From Nitrospirota bacterium (GTDB lineage Bacteria; Nitrospirota; Thermodesulfovibrionia; Thermodesulfovibrionales; JdFR-86): a stretch of DNA of 64,000 bases. Every line of letters begins with the position of its first letter. The stretch's first letter is position 1. The position numbers and the translations under genes are program-made. The stretch lies in NCBI GenBank assembly GCA_963721805.1, contig CAVRJY010000001.1:928001-992000 (forward strand), read 5' to 3'. Under the pieces are notes generated by a model. That model was not told where the DNA came from and made no database searches. It was given only the letters and a program-made list of their open reading frames with translations. Positions 49,789-59,968 of this stretch are shown piece by piece.

Positions 49789-51039
49789 TTACCTTTTGTA
49801 GGGCGAGGGCAGGGCGGATTTCTGAAACGGCCCGAACACGGTGAGGGCGAGCGGGTTTTCGGCGATCAGGCGTTCGGCCAGCAGCCGGGCCTTCCTGAGC
49901 GTGACTGCCTCGATCCTCTCGATCAGCTCCTGGGGCGTGAAGTTGCGGCCGTAGTACATCTGCTGGTTTGCGATGTGCTGCATGCGGCGGCTCGTGGACT
50001 CCAGCCCGAGCATCAGGTTGCCCTTGAGCTGTTCCTTCGCCCGCTTGAGCTCGTCGCGCGTGATGTTTGCGGGCAGGTTAGAAAACTCGGCGGCAATGCG
50101 CTCCATGACCTCGGGGGCCTTCTTCTGGCTGCACCCGGCGTATACGCCCCACATGCCGTCGTCTTTGTACGACGAGACGAAGGAATAGATCGAATAGGCG
50201 AGGCCGCGCTTTTCGCGGATCTCCTGAAACAGGCGGGAACTCAGGCCGCCGCCGAATAAGGTGTTTATCAGAGAAAGCGCGTAGCGCTCCTCGCTCTGCT
50301 GAGGTATGCCCCGTAGGCCGGTGCAGATATGCGTCTCGGCGAGGTCCTTCTGGTGCACCTCGACCTTGGGCGCGAACTCGTGCACGGCGTGCTTTGGGGG
50401 GGCGGAGGCGCGCCTGAGCCTGCCGAGGCCCTTGTTGAGCTTCTTAAGCAGGGCCTTTTCGTCGAACCTCCCGGCGCAAGAGACTATGGTGTCGGCCGTG
50501 CCGTAGTAGTTGTGGATATGGTCCATGAGCGTCTCGCGCGTGAAGGAGCGGACGGTCTCCCTGCTGCCCAGCACCGGCTGCCCGAGGCCGTAATTGCCCC
50601 AGATGGAGAGGCTGAACAGGTCGTGGATGTAGTCGTCCGGCGTGTCCTCGACCATCTTGATCTCCTCGCGGACGACGCCCTTTTCGCGCTCGATCTCCTC
50701 TTCGGGGAACGTGGAGTTCAGGAAGATGTCGAGCAGCAGGTCGGCGGCGGTATCGAGGTGCTCGTCGAGGACCTTGACGTAATAAGTGGTGCATTCCTTC
50801 GAGGTGAAGGCGTTGAGTTCGCCGCCGAGGGAGTCGATCTCCACGGCGATGCCCTGGGCGTCGTGCTTCTTCGTGCCCTTAAAGAACATATGCTCGGCGA
50901 AGTGCGATATGCCGTTATTCGCGCGGGTCTCGTTGCGCGAGCCGACCTGCACCCAGATGCCGAGCGAGACCGAGCGCATGTTGCGCATCTGTTCGCCCAC
51001 GAAGCATATGCCGTTATCTAGTGTCGCGCGTTTAAACAT
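49789..51039 (-). CDS. M16 family (pitrilysin-like) zinc peptidase
   Basis: HFAEH (HxxEH), NAFTSKE and SSRLFQEIREKRGLAY; conserved position after pnp. Confidence 0.93.
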   Translation of the reverse strand: MFKRATLDNGICFVGEQMRNMRSVSLGIWVQVGSRNETRANNGISHFAEHMFFKGTKKHDAQGIAVEIDSLGGELNAFTSKECTTYYVKVLDEHLDTAADLLLDIFLNSTFPEEEIEREKGVVREEIKMVEDTPDDYIHDLFSLSIWGNYGLGQPVLGSRETVRSFTRETLMDHIHNYYGTADTIVSCAGRFDEKALLKKLNKGLGRLRRASAPPKHAVHEFAPKVEVHQKDLAETHICTGLRGIPQQSEERYALSLINTLFGGGLSSRLFQEIREKRGLAYSIYSFVSSYKDDGMWGVYAGCSQKKAPEVMERIAAEFSNLPANITRDELKRAKEQLKGNLMLGLESTSRRMQHIANQQMYYGRNFTPQELIERIEAVTLRKARLLAERLIAENPLALTVFGPFQKSALPSPYKR

Positions 51040-51130
51040 TTCCCTTGCCTTATTCTATCACTTATGGATGCGCCACGGGCAGCCGTTGAAAAATCCCGAG
51101 AGCACCAAAGAGATCGTTGTCAGAGTGGAA

Positions 51131-51197
51131 GGGGGCCATTCGGCCCCCCACCGGATACTAATCGGCCCCCTCCCCGATAGCTCGGGAGAGAGGGCCG
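51131..51197 (-). terminator. Two GC-rich hairpins downstream of pnp
   Basis: GGGGGCC..GGCCCCC and CGGCCC..CCCGA-tagc-TCGGG..GGGCCG stems; only a weak U-tract. Confidence 0.4.
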
Positions 51198-51221
51198 TGC
51201 GGTTCTTTGATTCACTACGGG

Positions 51222-53312
51222 CTAGTTGCCCGCCTTGGCTTCTTTCAGGAGTACCTTGCGGCTGAGGCGCACGCGGCCCAGCTTGTCGATCTCGATCACC
51301 TTGACGTCGATCTCGTCGCCCTCGTGCAGGACGTCCGTGACCTTGTTGATGCGCTTCTCGTCGATCTCGGAGATGTGCAGCAGGCCGTCCGTGCCGGGCA
51401 GGATCTCTACGAACGCGCCGAAGTCGGTTATGCGCACGACCTTGCCGTGGTAGACCTTGCCCAGTTCGGCCTCCGCGACGATGCCCCTGATGATGTCCAG
51501 GGCCTTCTCGAGCGCGGCCGCGTCAGAGGAGGCCACGCTGATCAGGCCTGAGTCCGCGACGTCCATCTTCACGCCGGTCTCGAGGATGATGCCCTTGATG
51601 ACCTTGCCGCCGGTGCCGATGACGTCCTTGATCCTCTCCTGCTTGATCTGGATGGTCACGATGCGCGGGGCGTGAGGGGAAAGCTCGCTGCGCGGGGTGT
51701 CGATGGTCGACTTCATCTTGTCGAGGATGAACAGCCTTCCGCGCTTTGCCTGCTCGAGCGCGGCTGACATCAGCTCGCGGTCGATGCCCCCGAGCTTGGA
51801 GTCGAGCTGAAACGCGGTGATGCCGTTGGCGGTCCCGGTGACCTTGAAGTCCATGTCCCCGAGGTGGTCTTCGAGGCCGAGGATGTCGGTGAGGATGATC
51901 GTCTTGTCGCCTTCCTTTATAAGGCCCATCGCGATGCCCGCAACAGGGGTCTTGATCGGCACGCCGGCATCGAGCAGCGCGAGCGTGGCGCCGCATACCG
52001 TCGCCATCGAGGACGAGCCGTTGGACTCCAGCACGTCAGAGACGACGCGGATCGTGTAGGGGAACTCCTCCTTGGCCGGCAGCATCGACTTGAACGAGCG
52101 CTCGGCAAGGTTGCCGTGGCCTATGTCGCGGCGGCTCGGGCCGCGGAGGAACTTTACCTCGCCGACGGAAAACGGCGGGAAGTTGTAGTGCAGCATGAAG
52201 CTCTTGTAGTACTCGCCCTCGAGCGCGTCGATGCGCTGCTCGTCGTCCGAGGTGCCGAGCGTAACGCTCACGAGGGCCTGCGTCTCGCCCCTGACGAAGA
52301 GGGCCGAGCCGTGGGTCCTGGGCAGGACGCTGACTTCAGAGTTGATCGGCCTGATCTCGTCGGAGCGGCGGCCGTCGGCGCGGATGCCGGTCTCGCAGAT
52401 CGAGCCGCGGACGAACCTGCGCTCGAACTCATAGAAATACCCGGCGATCTCCTTCATCACGGCCTCGTCGCCGCAGCCGAGCGCCTCCTGCGCCTCGACG
52501 AGCACGCAGTGTACGGCCTCCTGGCGGCGGAGCTTGTCCGGGATCGCGATGGCTTCCTTTATCTTTCCTTCGCAGAACGCCTCGACGCCCTTCTTGAGCT
52601 CCTCGTTGATGACCTTGGGAGCGAGCGGGCGCTTCTCCTTGCCCGCCTTCTCGCGCAGCGTGCGCTGAAGGGCGTTGAGGACCTTGATCTCCCTGTGGGC
52701 GATGTCGATCGCCTCGAGGAAGTCGGCCTCCTTGGCCTCCTGCGCGCTGCCCTCGACCATGACCACGGCCTCATCGGAGCCCGCGACCACGAGGTCCATC
52801 GTCAGGCGGTCGACCATCGAGAGGTCCGGGTTTATGACGAACTCGCCGTCGAGCCTGCCTAGGCGCACGGCCGATACCGGCCCGTTAAACGGGATGTCCG
52901 ATATCATGAGCGAGGCCGACATGGCGGTGACGCCCATTACGTCGGCGACGTTCTCGGTGCCGAACGAAAGCACCGAGACTATGCCCTGCGTGTCGGAGTG
53001 AAACCCCTTGGGGAACAGCGGCCGTATAGGCCTGTCCACGAGGCGGGAGGTCAGGGTCTCTTTTTCGGAGGGCCTGCCCTCGCGCTTGAAGAACCCGCCC
53101 GGTATCTTGCCGGCCGAGTATGTCTTTTCCTGATAGTCTATCGTGAGGGGGAAGAAGTCTCCGGCCTCTTTGATCTTCTTGTCCGCGACGGCAGTGGCGA
53201 GCACCATCGTGTCGCCCAACCTGATTATCGTCGAGCCGTCGGCCTGCCGGGCCATCCGCCCGGTCTCGATGGTGACCTTCTTGCCACCAATTTCCGCTTC
53301 TACTACTACCAT
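51222..53312 (-). CDS. pnp: Polyribonucleotide nucleotidyltransferase
   Basis: AGKIPGGFFKREG, ESNGSSSMA and EDHLGDMDFKV motifs, KH and S1 domains. Confidence 0.98.
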   Translation of the reverse strand: MVVVEAEIGGKKVTIETGRMARQADGSTIIRLGDTMVLATAVADKKIKEAGDFFPLTIDYQEKTYSAGKIPGGFFKREGRPSEKETLTSRLVDRPIRPLFPKGFHSDTQGIVSVLSFGTENVADVMGVTAMSASLMISDIPFNGPVSAVRLGRLDGEFVINPDLSMVDRLTMDLVVAGSDEAVVMVEGSAQEAKEADFLEAIDIAHREIKVLNALQRTLREKAGKEKRPLAPKVINEELKKGVEAFCEGKIKEAIAIPDKLRRQEAVHCVLVEAQEALGCGDEAVMKEIAGYFYEFERRFVRGSICETGIRADGRRSDEIRPINSEVSVLPRTHGSALFVRGETQALVSVTLGTSDDEQRIDALEGEYYKSFMLHYNFPPFSVGEVKFLRGPSRRDIGHGNLAERSFKSMLPAKEEFPYTIRVVSDVLESNGSSSMATVCGATLALLDAGVPIKTPVAGIAMGLIKEGDKTIILTDILGLEDHLGDMDFKVTGTANGITAFQLDSKLGGIDRELMSAALEQAKRGRLFILDKMKSTIDTPRSELSPHAPRIVTIQIKQERIKDVIGTGGKVIKGIILETGVKMDVADSGLISVASSDAAALEKALDIIRGIVAEAELGKVYHGKVVRITDFGAFVEILPGTDGLLHISEIDEKRINKVTDVLHEGDEIDVKVIEIDKLGRVRLSRKVLLKEAKAGN

Positions 53313-53320
53313 ATCACCCG

Positions 53321-53590
53321 CTACTTTCTGAGCTTCAGTTTCTCGATGAGTTTTTCGTACCGCGTCTTGTCGGAGCCCTTGAGGTAGTCGAGAATCTTCC
53401 TCCGTTGGCCGACAAGCTTCAAAAGGCCCCTGCGCGAATGGTGATCCGCCGTGTGGACCTTGAAGTGCTCAGTCAGGTAGGTTATCCGCTCGCTCAACAG
53501 CGCGACCTGGACTTCCGGCGAACCCGTATCCTTTTCGTGTACCTTGTGCTGGCCAATTATGGCGCTTTTTTCCTCTTTCACAAGAGGCAT
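53321..53590 (-). CDS. rpsO: 30S ribosomal protein S15
   Basis: [10 protein letters not shown] and [13 protein letters not shown] motifs. Confidence 0.98.
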   Translation of the reverse strand: MPLVKEEKSAIIGQHKVHEKDTGSPEVQVALLSERITYLTEHFKVHTADHHSRRGLLKLVGQRRKILDYLKGSDKTRYEKLIEKLKLRK

Positions 53591-53685
53591 CGTAAACCAC
53601 CTTCCTTCTTAGTGCATGTTTTTTAGAAGTTAATACAATATCATAGCCCAAACTGGCATGTAAAGGCGTCCATGGCCGTCCTGGA

Positions 53686-54081
53686 TCACTGCTGGATGGG
53701 ATAGCCCATGGACTTCCACTCGGGGAAACCGCCGGACATGATCCTTATATCCCTGAACCCTGCCTTGGCCGCCTCGGTGGCGGCCTCGGTGCTCAGCGTA
53801 CAGCGCACCCCCCTGCAATAGAAGATCAGGGCGGCGGATTTATCCTTCGGCAGGTATTCCGCGATGAAGGCGAAACGGTCAGGCCCGACGCTTATCGCCC
53901 CCGGCACGTGGCCCTGGTCGTATTCCATTAAAGACCTCGCATCCACGATCACGACCTTCTTGTGAGTGTCGATGATTTTTTTTACGTCCTTTGCCTCGAT
54001 CTGGGGATAGCCGGCACCCCAGGCCGCTGCTGCCGCGATCATTACCATCGCAACCGCAAGAATTACTCTCCTAAGCGTCAT
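53686..54081 (-). CDS. Secreted rhodanese-like protein
   Basis: Signal peptide, VDARS..EY..GHVPGA, FYC and GGFPEW motifs. Confidence 0.88.
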   Translation of the reverse strand: MTLRRVILAVAMVMIAAAAAWGAGYPQIEAKDVKKIIDTHKKVVIVDARSLMEYDQGHVPGAISVGPDRFAFIAEYLPKDKSAALIFYCRGVRCTLSTEAATEAAKAGFRDIRIMSGGFPEWKSMGYPIQQ

Positions 54082-54141
54082 GCATGCCTCCTGTTTAACA
54101 AATATGCTGAAAAATCAAGATGTAATGTATATAATATCCGA

Positions 54142-55380
54142 ATGGATACGCTTAGTTCCACCACGATAGCCATCGGCGGGGGGAAGGGTGGAGTGGGAAA
54201 GAGCGTCCTCGCCTCCAACCTTGCCTGTGGCATGGCCGCATCCGGCAGGCGCGTCATACTGGTCGACGCGGACCTGATGGGCGCCAACATACACACGATG
54301 TTCGGCATCCGCTACCCGGAGTTCACGCTCGGGGACTTCATGCGCGGCCGCGTGGGCACGCTTCAGGAGGTCCTGATCCCTACTCCGGTTGATGGGCTTT
54401 CGCTGATATGCGGGGCCGGGGACCTGCTTGAGGTCACGAACCCCAACTACGTCCAGAAACAGAGGCTTCTGACCGGGTTTGCCGACCTCATGGCCGACAT
54501 CGTCATCATCGACATCGGCGCGGGGGCGAGCATCACGAACCTCGATTTCTTCAACTACTCCGACCTCGGCATCATCGTGACCAGCCCGGCGCCTACCGCG
54601 ATACAAAACGCGTACAGCTTTCTGAAGCTAGCCGTAAACCGCAGGCTGCTTACGATGTTTAAGGAGCGCGCGGACGTCAGCCAGTGCCTGCGCCGGATGC
54701 TCGAAGGCGAGTACCGGGCGCGGAGCATGAACGAGGTCACGGCCGCGGTCGAGGCGATAGACCGCGGGGCCGCGGAGCAGGCGAGGGCCTTCCTGGGCAG
54801 GAACATCTACCGCCTCGTAGCGAATATGGCCACGCCCCGGGAGGGCGAAGCGCTGGCGCATACGTTTGCGAGCGCGGCGTATCAGTTCCTCGGCGTGAGG
54901 CTCCCGTACCTCGGAAGCCTCGTCCACAGCCAGGAGGTCGAGCGGTCGGTGCGCAGCATGAGCCCGCTGCTGCTTCAGCCCGGCGGCGAGACGGCCGCAG
55001 CGGTCATGAGGATCATCCAGAGGCTGATCGGCTCGATCCCGGCGCAGAGTCCGGCGGAGCCCGTTAAGAAAGAGGCCGCAGCCGCCCCCCCAGTAGGGGC
55101 CGGGTTAGCCTCCAGCGTTCAGCTCGGGCTCAACGAGGAGCTCGCGCACGGGGGCCGGACGCTCCACGTGCAGACCGAGGACCTGGGCCCCGAGAAGGGC
55201 CGCATCCTTACGCTCGTGTTTTCTGAGGGCAGGATACTGTTTTCGCGCCAGACCCCGTATAGCGAGATCACCGGCGGGGGCGACTTTGCGCAGGCAGTCT
55301 CTGAGCGCGTCCGGTGGCAGCAGCGGACAATCATGGCCGGCATAAGGGCCGGGAAGCTCAACGACAGGCTCGGGGGCTGA
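54142..55380 (+). CDS. MinD/FlhG-like P-loop ATPase with an extra C-terminal domain
   Basis: GGKGGVGKS, LVDADL.GAN and IIDIGAG; about 90-aa C-terminal extension after a Pro/Ala linker. Confidence 0.85.
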   Translation: MDTLSSTTIAIGGGKGGVGKSVLASNLACGMAASGRRVILVDADLMGANIHTMFGIRYPEFTLGDFMRGRVGTLQEVLIPTPVDGLSLICGAGDLLEVTNPNYVQKQRLLTGFADLMADIVIIDIGAGASITNLDFFNYSDLGIIVTSPAPTAIQNAYSFLKLAVNRRLLTMFKERADVSQCLRRMLEGEYRARSMNEVTAAVEAIDRGAAEQARAFLGRNIYRLVANMATPREGEALAHTFASAAYQFLGVRLPYLGSLVHSQEVERSVRSMSPLLLQPGGETAAAVMRIIQRLIGSIPAQSPAEPVKKEAAAAPPVGAGLASSVQLGLNEELAHGGRTLHVQTEDLGPEKGRILTLVFSEGRILFSRQTPYSEITGGGDFAQAVSERVRWQQRTIMAGIRAGKLNDRLGG

Positions 55381-56097
55381 ATGCCGATAGCCACGGTCGC
55401 GCTGCTCGGCGAGGGCAGCTTCTTCAAAGAAACGCTGCCGGAGGTGCTCGCACGGAGCGGCTTCGGCGTATCCTTGATTGCCGCCTCGCCGGACGGCCCG
55501 CCCGCGATGCCAGCCGATGGGTTCGACCTCGTGATAATACAGGCGGAGTTGGCCTCGATGTGGGGCGAGGAGCGGTTTTTTGGATTCGTAAAGACGCTTA
55601 AGAGTTTTATAATCGCTGAGAGTTCGGCCACGGCGTCCCGCTCGACCATAAATGCCGCGATGAGCCCCGAGGATATCCTGAGCGCTATCGGCAACGTCAT
55701 ACACCGCACCCCGGATATAAACGGCATCCAGAGGCGCAGCTCCAACCGAATAACGGTGCATATCCCGGTCATATACGACACCGGGGCCACGAGGCGCGAA
55801 AGCTCGATCACCACTCTGAGCGCCAACGGCGTCTTTATCAATACGCTTGCGCCGCTTGCGGCCGGCACTGGCATGGAGCTCGCTTTCAGGCTCCCGGATC
55901 ACGGGGTCGAGATCAGGGCCTCCGGAAGGGTGCTCTACTCGGTCGAGTATGACATCGGAGGGGGAGCGATATACAACGAGGCCGACTCCTCGCACAAACC
56001 CGTCATAGCGATGCCGGGCATGGCGGTGCTCATCGAGGATATCGGCCCTGACGGGCGGGCCGCGCTCGAGGAGTTCGTCGCGAGCGGTGCGATCTAG
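55381..56097 (+). CDS. PilZ-domain protein with degenerate receiver-like N-terminus
   Basis: QRRSSNR (RxxxR) and TLSANGVFI motifs. Confidence 0.7.
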   Translation: MPIATVALLGEGSFFKETLPEVLARSGFGVSLIAASPDGPPAMPADGFDLVIIQAELASMWGEERFFGFVKTLKSFIIAESSATASRSTINAAMSPEDILSAIGNVIHRTPDINGIQRRSSNRITVHIPVIYDTGATRRESSITTLSANGVFINTLAPLAAGTGMELAFRLPDHGVEIRASGRVLYSVEYDIGGGAIYNEADSSHKPVIAMPGMAVLIEDIGPDGRAALEEFVASGAI

Positions 56098-56165
56098 TCC
56101 GCGCCTGTCTTTGAGGCCTTATTTGATGTAAAATGTCTGATTAAATCTAAAGGAGCGTTATTCAT

Positions 56166-57636
56166 ATGGATATACTCATGCGCGATCAGGACGCAAAGAA
56201 CGCCTCTTGCGACGCACTCCTGCTGCCGGTATTCGAAGGCGAGGGGATAGCCGCATATAAGGATCTGGATAAAAGCGGGCTGCTCTCCGGGCTCGCCTCG
56301 GGCAAGCCGCCGAAGTTTCAGGGCCGCCACGGCGAGGTGCTTGCCACCCGCAGCTGCGGCGCGGTTAAGGCCACGGAGGTCGTGCTCGTAGGGCTAGGCA
56401 AGCGTGCGAAATGCTCGAGCGAGCGCGTGCGGCAGGCCGGGGGCAAGGCCTCCACCGCTCTTAAGAAGATCTCGGACGCGGCGCTCTCGACCGCTGTGCT
56501 CGGCGACATGCCCGACGGCCCGCGTGCGTTTTGCGAGGGCTTCCTGCTTGCGAGGTATAAATTCAGCAGGTACAAAAAGAAAGACGCCGACGCCATAGAG
56601 TTCAAGGCCCTGACGGTCCTCGGCCCCAGGCCCAGGGCGGACTGGACGGCTGAGGTCAAGACCCTGGTCGACGCCACGCACTTCTGCCGCGACCTCGTCA
56701 CGACCCCTGCGCGCGACATGACCCCGAGCGAGCTTGCGAGGGTTGCGCGCTCGATAAAGGGCGTCAAGGTAAAGGTCTTCGGCCGGCGCGAGTGCGAGCG
56801 CATGGGCATGGGCGCGTTTTGCGCGGTGGCCAAGGGCTCGCACGAGGAGCCGCAGTTTATCGTCATTGAGTATAAGGGAGCAAAGAAGAAAGGTAAGGGG
56901 GCTGTGCCCCCCGTCGTTCTGGTAGGCAAGGCAGTGACGTTCGACAGCGGCGGGCTCTCGCTGAAGCCGAGCGACTCGATGGAGACGATGAAGCACGACA
57001 TGGCCGGAGGCGCGGCCGTGCTCGGCGTGGTTAAATCCGTCATAGCTTTAAAGCTTCCGATAGACCTCGTCGTCATAATGGCCGCGACCGAGAACCTTCC
57101 GGGCGGCAGCGCGACGAGGCCCGGAGACGTCGTGCACACGATAACCGGCAAGTCGGTCGAGATACTGAACACCGACGCCGAGGGCAGGCTCACGCTCGCC
57201 GACGCGCTCGGGTATGCGATCAAGACCTACAAGCCGCGAGCGATAATCGACATAGCCACGCTCACCGGCGCGTGCGCGATAGCGCTCGGGGCCGAGGCCT
57301 CAGCCCTGCTTGGAAACGACGAGGCGCTTCAAGCCACGCTCGAGGCCGCATCGGCAGCGACAGGGGAGCGCGCCTGGCGGATGCCGTTTTACGAGGAGTA
57401 CGACGAGGGGCTCAAGAGCGATATCGCCGACCTCAGAAACATCGGCATGGGACGGCAGGGCGGGCTCATCACCGCGACAAAGTTCCTGAACTAATTTCGT
57501 AGACGAGGGCACGCCGTGGGTCCATCTCGATATTGCGGGCACCGCATGGAGTGAGCGCGACCGCCCGTATGCGCCCAAGGGCGCTACGGGTGTGGGCGTC
57601 AGGCTGCTCTACGACGTGCTGAAGAGGCTCGCCTAG
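56166..57636 (+). CDS. pepA: Leucyl aminopeptidase (frameshift near 57490)
   Basis: GKAVTFDSGG, MKHDMAG and NTDAEGRL; the C-terminus PWVHLDIAGT...GATGVGVRLL continues in another frame to TAG at 57634-57636. Confidence 0.93.
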
Positions 57637-57989
57637 GCCCCGAAGATCTTACTGCGGAACATGAAGAATACCGCCCCGAGTATGCAAAGCCCGGCCCAGA
57701 GGTAGTCGAGCCGGAAGTCCTCCTTCATGTATATGATCGAAAACGGGACGAAGACCGAGAGCGTGACGACCTCCTGGAGTATCTTTAGCTGCCCCAGGTT
57801 CATCACCTGATACCCGATCCTGTTGGCCGGCACCTGGATCATGTACTCAAAAAACGCGATGCCCCAGCTGATCAGCGCGGCCAGCGCCCAGTGCCGTCCG
57901 GAGAGGTTCTTCAGGTGGCCGTACCACGCAAACGTCATAAACAGGTTGCTCAGGCCAAGCAGCACCGCTGTCGTGATTATTGTCCTCAT
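57633..57989 (-). CDS. DMT family protein (DUF486-like)
   Basis: SNLFMTFAWYGHLK, SWGIAFFEY, VPANRIG and QLKILQEV motifs. Confidence 0.9.
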   Translation of the reverse strand: MRTIITTAVLLGLSNLFMTFAWYGHLKNLSGRHWALAALISWGIAFFEYMIQVPANRIGYQVMNLGQLKILQEVVTLSVFVPFSIIYMKEDFRLDYLWAGLCILGAVFFMFRSKIFGA

Positions 57990-58015
57990 GTCCTTCGGAT
58001 CCTTCTGAGCGTCGG

Positions 58016-58822
58016 TTACCCCTTAAGCCCTAGCACGTCCTGCATGTCGTAGAGCCCCGCGGGCTTGCCAGCAAGCCAGAGCGCGGCCTTGATCGCGCCG
58101 CGCGCGAACACGTCGCGGCTCGAGGCCCTGTGCGTGACCTCTATCCTCTCGCCGAGGCCGCCGAATATAACGGTGTGGTCGCCTACCACGTCACCCGCGC
58201 GCAGCGTCTGGATGCCGATTTCCTTGCGCGTGCGCTCGCCGATGATCCCGTGGCGCGCGTATACAGCGTCCTTCTCGAGGTCGCGTCCCATCGCGTCCGC
58301 TATCGCGCGAGCCATCATGATCGCGGTGCCGGAGGGCGCGTCCTTCTTTAACCTGTGGTGCGTCTCGACGATCTCGACGTCATAGGGGTCGCCAAGAGCG
58401 CGGGCGATATCCCCGAGCACCTTCAAAAGCAGGTTTACGCCGAGGCTCATGTTCGAGGCCATCATGCAGGGGATCTTCTTTGACATCTCGGCCACGAGAG
58501 CGATCTGCTCCTTCTTCATCCCGGTCGTGCCGATGACCATCGCCTTGCCGAGCTTCGAGGCGGCCTCCATGTTCGCAAGCGTGGCCTCCGGGGCGGTGAA
58601 GTCGATGAGCAGGTCTGCGCTGGCGAGGGCCTCGGCCGCGCTGGTCGCTATCACGACGCCCTTGTGCCCGATGCCTATTGCCTCGCCCGCGTCGCGGCCG
58701 ATGTCCTTGTGTCCTGCTCGCTCGAACGCTCCGGCGAGCGCCAGCCCTTCGTACTCGCCGCTGATCGTCGCTATCCTGCTGCCCATCTTCCCGCATACTC
58801 CGGCAATCGCTATCTTTACCAT
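58016..58822 (-). CDS. dapB: 4-hydroxy-tetrahydrodipicolinate reductase
   Basis: GKMG, IDFT, VIGTTG and ETHHRLKKDAPSGTA motifs. Confidence 0.97.
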   Translation of the reverse strand: MVKIAIAGVCGKMGSRIATISGEYEGLALAGAFERAGHKDIGRDAGEAIGIGHKGVVIATSAAEALASADLLIDFTAPEATLANMEAASKLGKAMVIGTTGMKKEQIALVAEMSKKIPCMMASNMSLGVNLLLKVLGDIARALGDPYDVEIVETHHRLKKDAPSGTAIMMARAIADAMGRDLEKDAVYARHGIIGERTRKEIGIQTLRAGDVVGDHTVIFGGLGERIEVTHRASSRDVFARGAIKAALWLAGKPAGLYDMQDVLGLKG

Positions 58823-58831
58823 AAGGCCTCC

Positions 58832-59249
58832 TTATTTTCCCTTCGAGAAATCTACCTTTATTACCTTTGCGTCCTTATCGTGCTTTCCCTCATCATGCCT
58901 CGCATCCGCCACGGGTTTGGTTTCGGCCCCGGCCTCGGGCTTTTGCTGGGCGAAGTGAAACTGCGTCCCGAGCTCCGGCGAATATACGAGCATGATCGCC
59001 TCTGAGGGTATGAAGCATTCCTCCGCCCGCCCCCCGAAGCTAAGCTTGGCCTCGATGCCGTCCTCACCCCATATGTATTTCATCTGGTGGTTGAAGACCA
59101 GGACGAGGCCGCCCTGTTTTTCGTCCTCCGTAAAGCCGCGCCTGCCGATACGGACGCCCTCTGAGTGCCGGATCACGACGAAGGCCCTGCCCGGCGAGTT
59201 CGATCGTCCGCTCGAAGACCTCGCGCTTAAGCGTCTCGGCCGGATCCAC
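58832..59249 (-). CDS. SspB-like hypothetical protein (frameshift near 59190)
   Basis: [14 protein letters not shown] joins [10 protein letters not shown]...LSFGG..ECFIP..AI..YSPE; C-terminus KVIKVDF; start uncertain. Confidence 0.55.
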
Positions 59250-59424
59250 CCTCGCGGGCCTCCTCATCGTCATCGTCCTTTTTGAGCTTTTCTCCGGGGA
59301 TCCGGTAGTCGTCGGAGGCCCACTTCCCAAGGTCGATGAGCTTGCAGCGCTCGGAGCAGAACGGCCTGTGGGGGTTTTCCTCCCAGGTCGTCTCGGCCTT
59401 GCATATCGGACAGCGAATAACCAT
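59227..59424 (-). CDS. yacG: DNA gyrase inhibitor YacG
   Basis: CPIC...[16 protein letters not shown] motif. Confidence 0.93.
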   Translation of the reverse strand: MVIRCPICKAETTWEENPHRPFCSERCKLIDLGKWASDDYRIPGEKLKKDDDDEEAREGGSGRDA

Positions 59425-59446
59425 ATGCTATATTACACCTCAGAAA

Positions 59447-59968
59447 ATGGAAAAGGGAACTTACACCGGGCTTCTGGAGGCGTTAAACGCGATCCGCATC
59501 CGGCGCTGGATTATCAGGCCGGGGATGGGCTTCGGCGCGGCCGAAAAATGGTGGGACGGGGGCATACGCGCCGCGCCTCATAACGGGCTCGACCTGAGGC
59601 TCTACGAGGACGCGGACGGCCGCGAGGCCGCGCTCGGCGAGGCCACCCTGGTCCCCGCGCTGGAGGACGGCGAGGCCGTGACGATAATCAGGGACTTCCT
59701 CGGCGAGTCGGTATTCGTAGCACACTCTGACGGGATCATATCGGCATACGGACATCTGAGGCCGCTTTGCAGGGTTGGGGATAAGCTCAGGCGCGGTCAG
59801 GCGATAGCCAAGCTATCGGAGCGGCCAGGCATGCCGGTGCCACCGCACCTGCATATCTCGCTGCTCAGGCTGCCCAAGGGGTTCGATGTCGCGGGGCTGA
59901 CATGGCGGGCGCTTGACGGCGCGGCAGAGTTCCTTGATCCGGCTGGCATCATCGAGACAACCAGCTAG
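59447..59968 (+). CDS. M23 family metallopeptidase-like protein
   Basis: HNGLD (HxxxD), YGHL and PHLH (HxH) motifs. Confidence 0.75.
   Translation: MEKGTYTGLLEALNAIRIRRWIIRPGMGFGAAEKWWDGGIRAAPHNGLDLRLYEDADGREAALGEATLVPALEDGEAVTIIRDFLGESVFVAHSDGIISAYGHLRPLCRVGDKLRRGQAIAKLSERPGMPVPPHLHISLLRLPKGFDVAGLTWRALDGAAEFLDPAGIIETTS

Noticed and set aside
51060..51220. Riboswitch or ncRNA between pnp and the M16 peptidase gene
   Set aside because: Only simple hairpins; no recognisable conserved aptamer motif.
57480..57500. Programmed readthrough or frameshift in pepA
   Set aside because: No slippery heptamer or stimulatory structure; it fits the window-wide indel error pattern.
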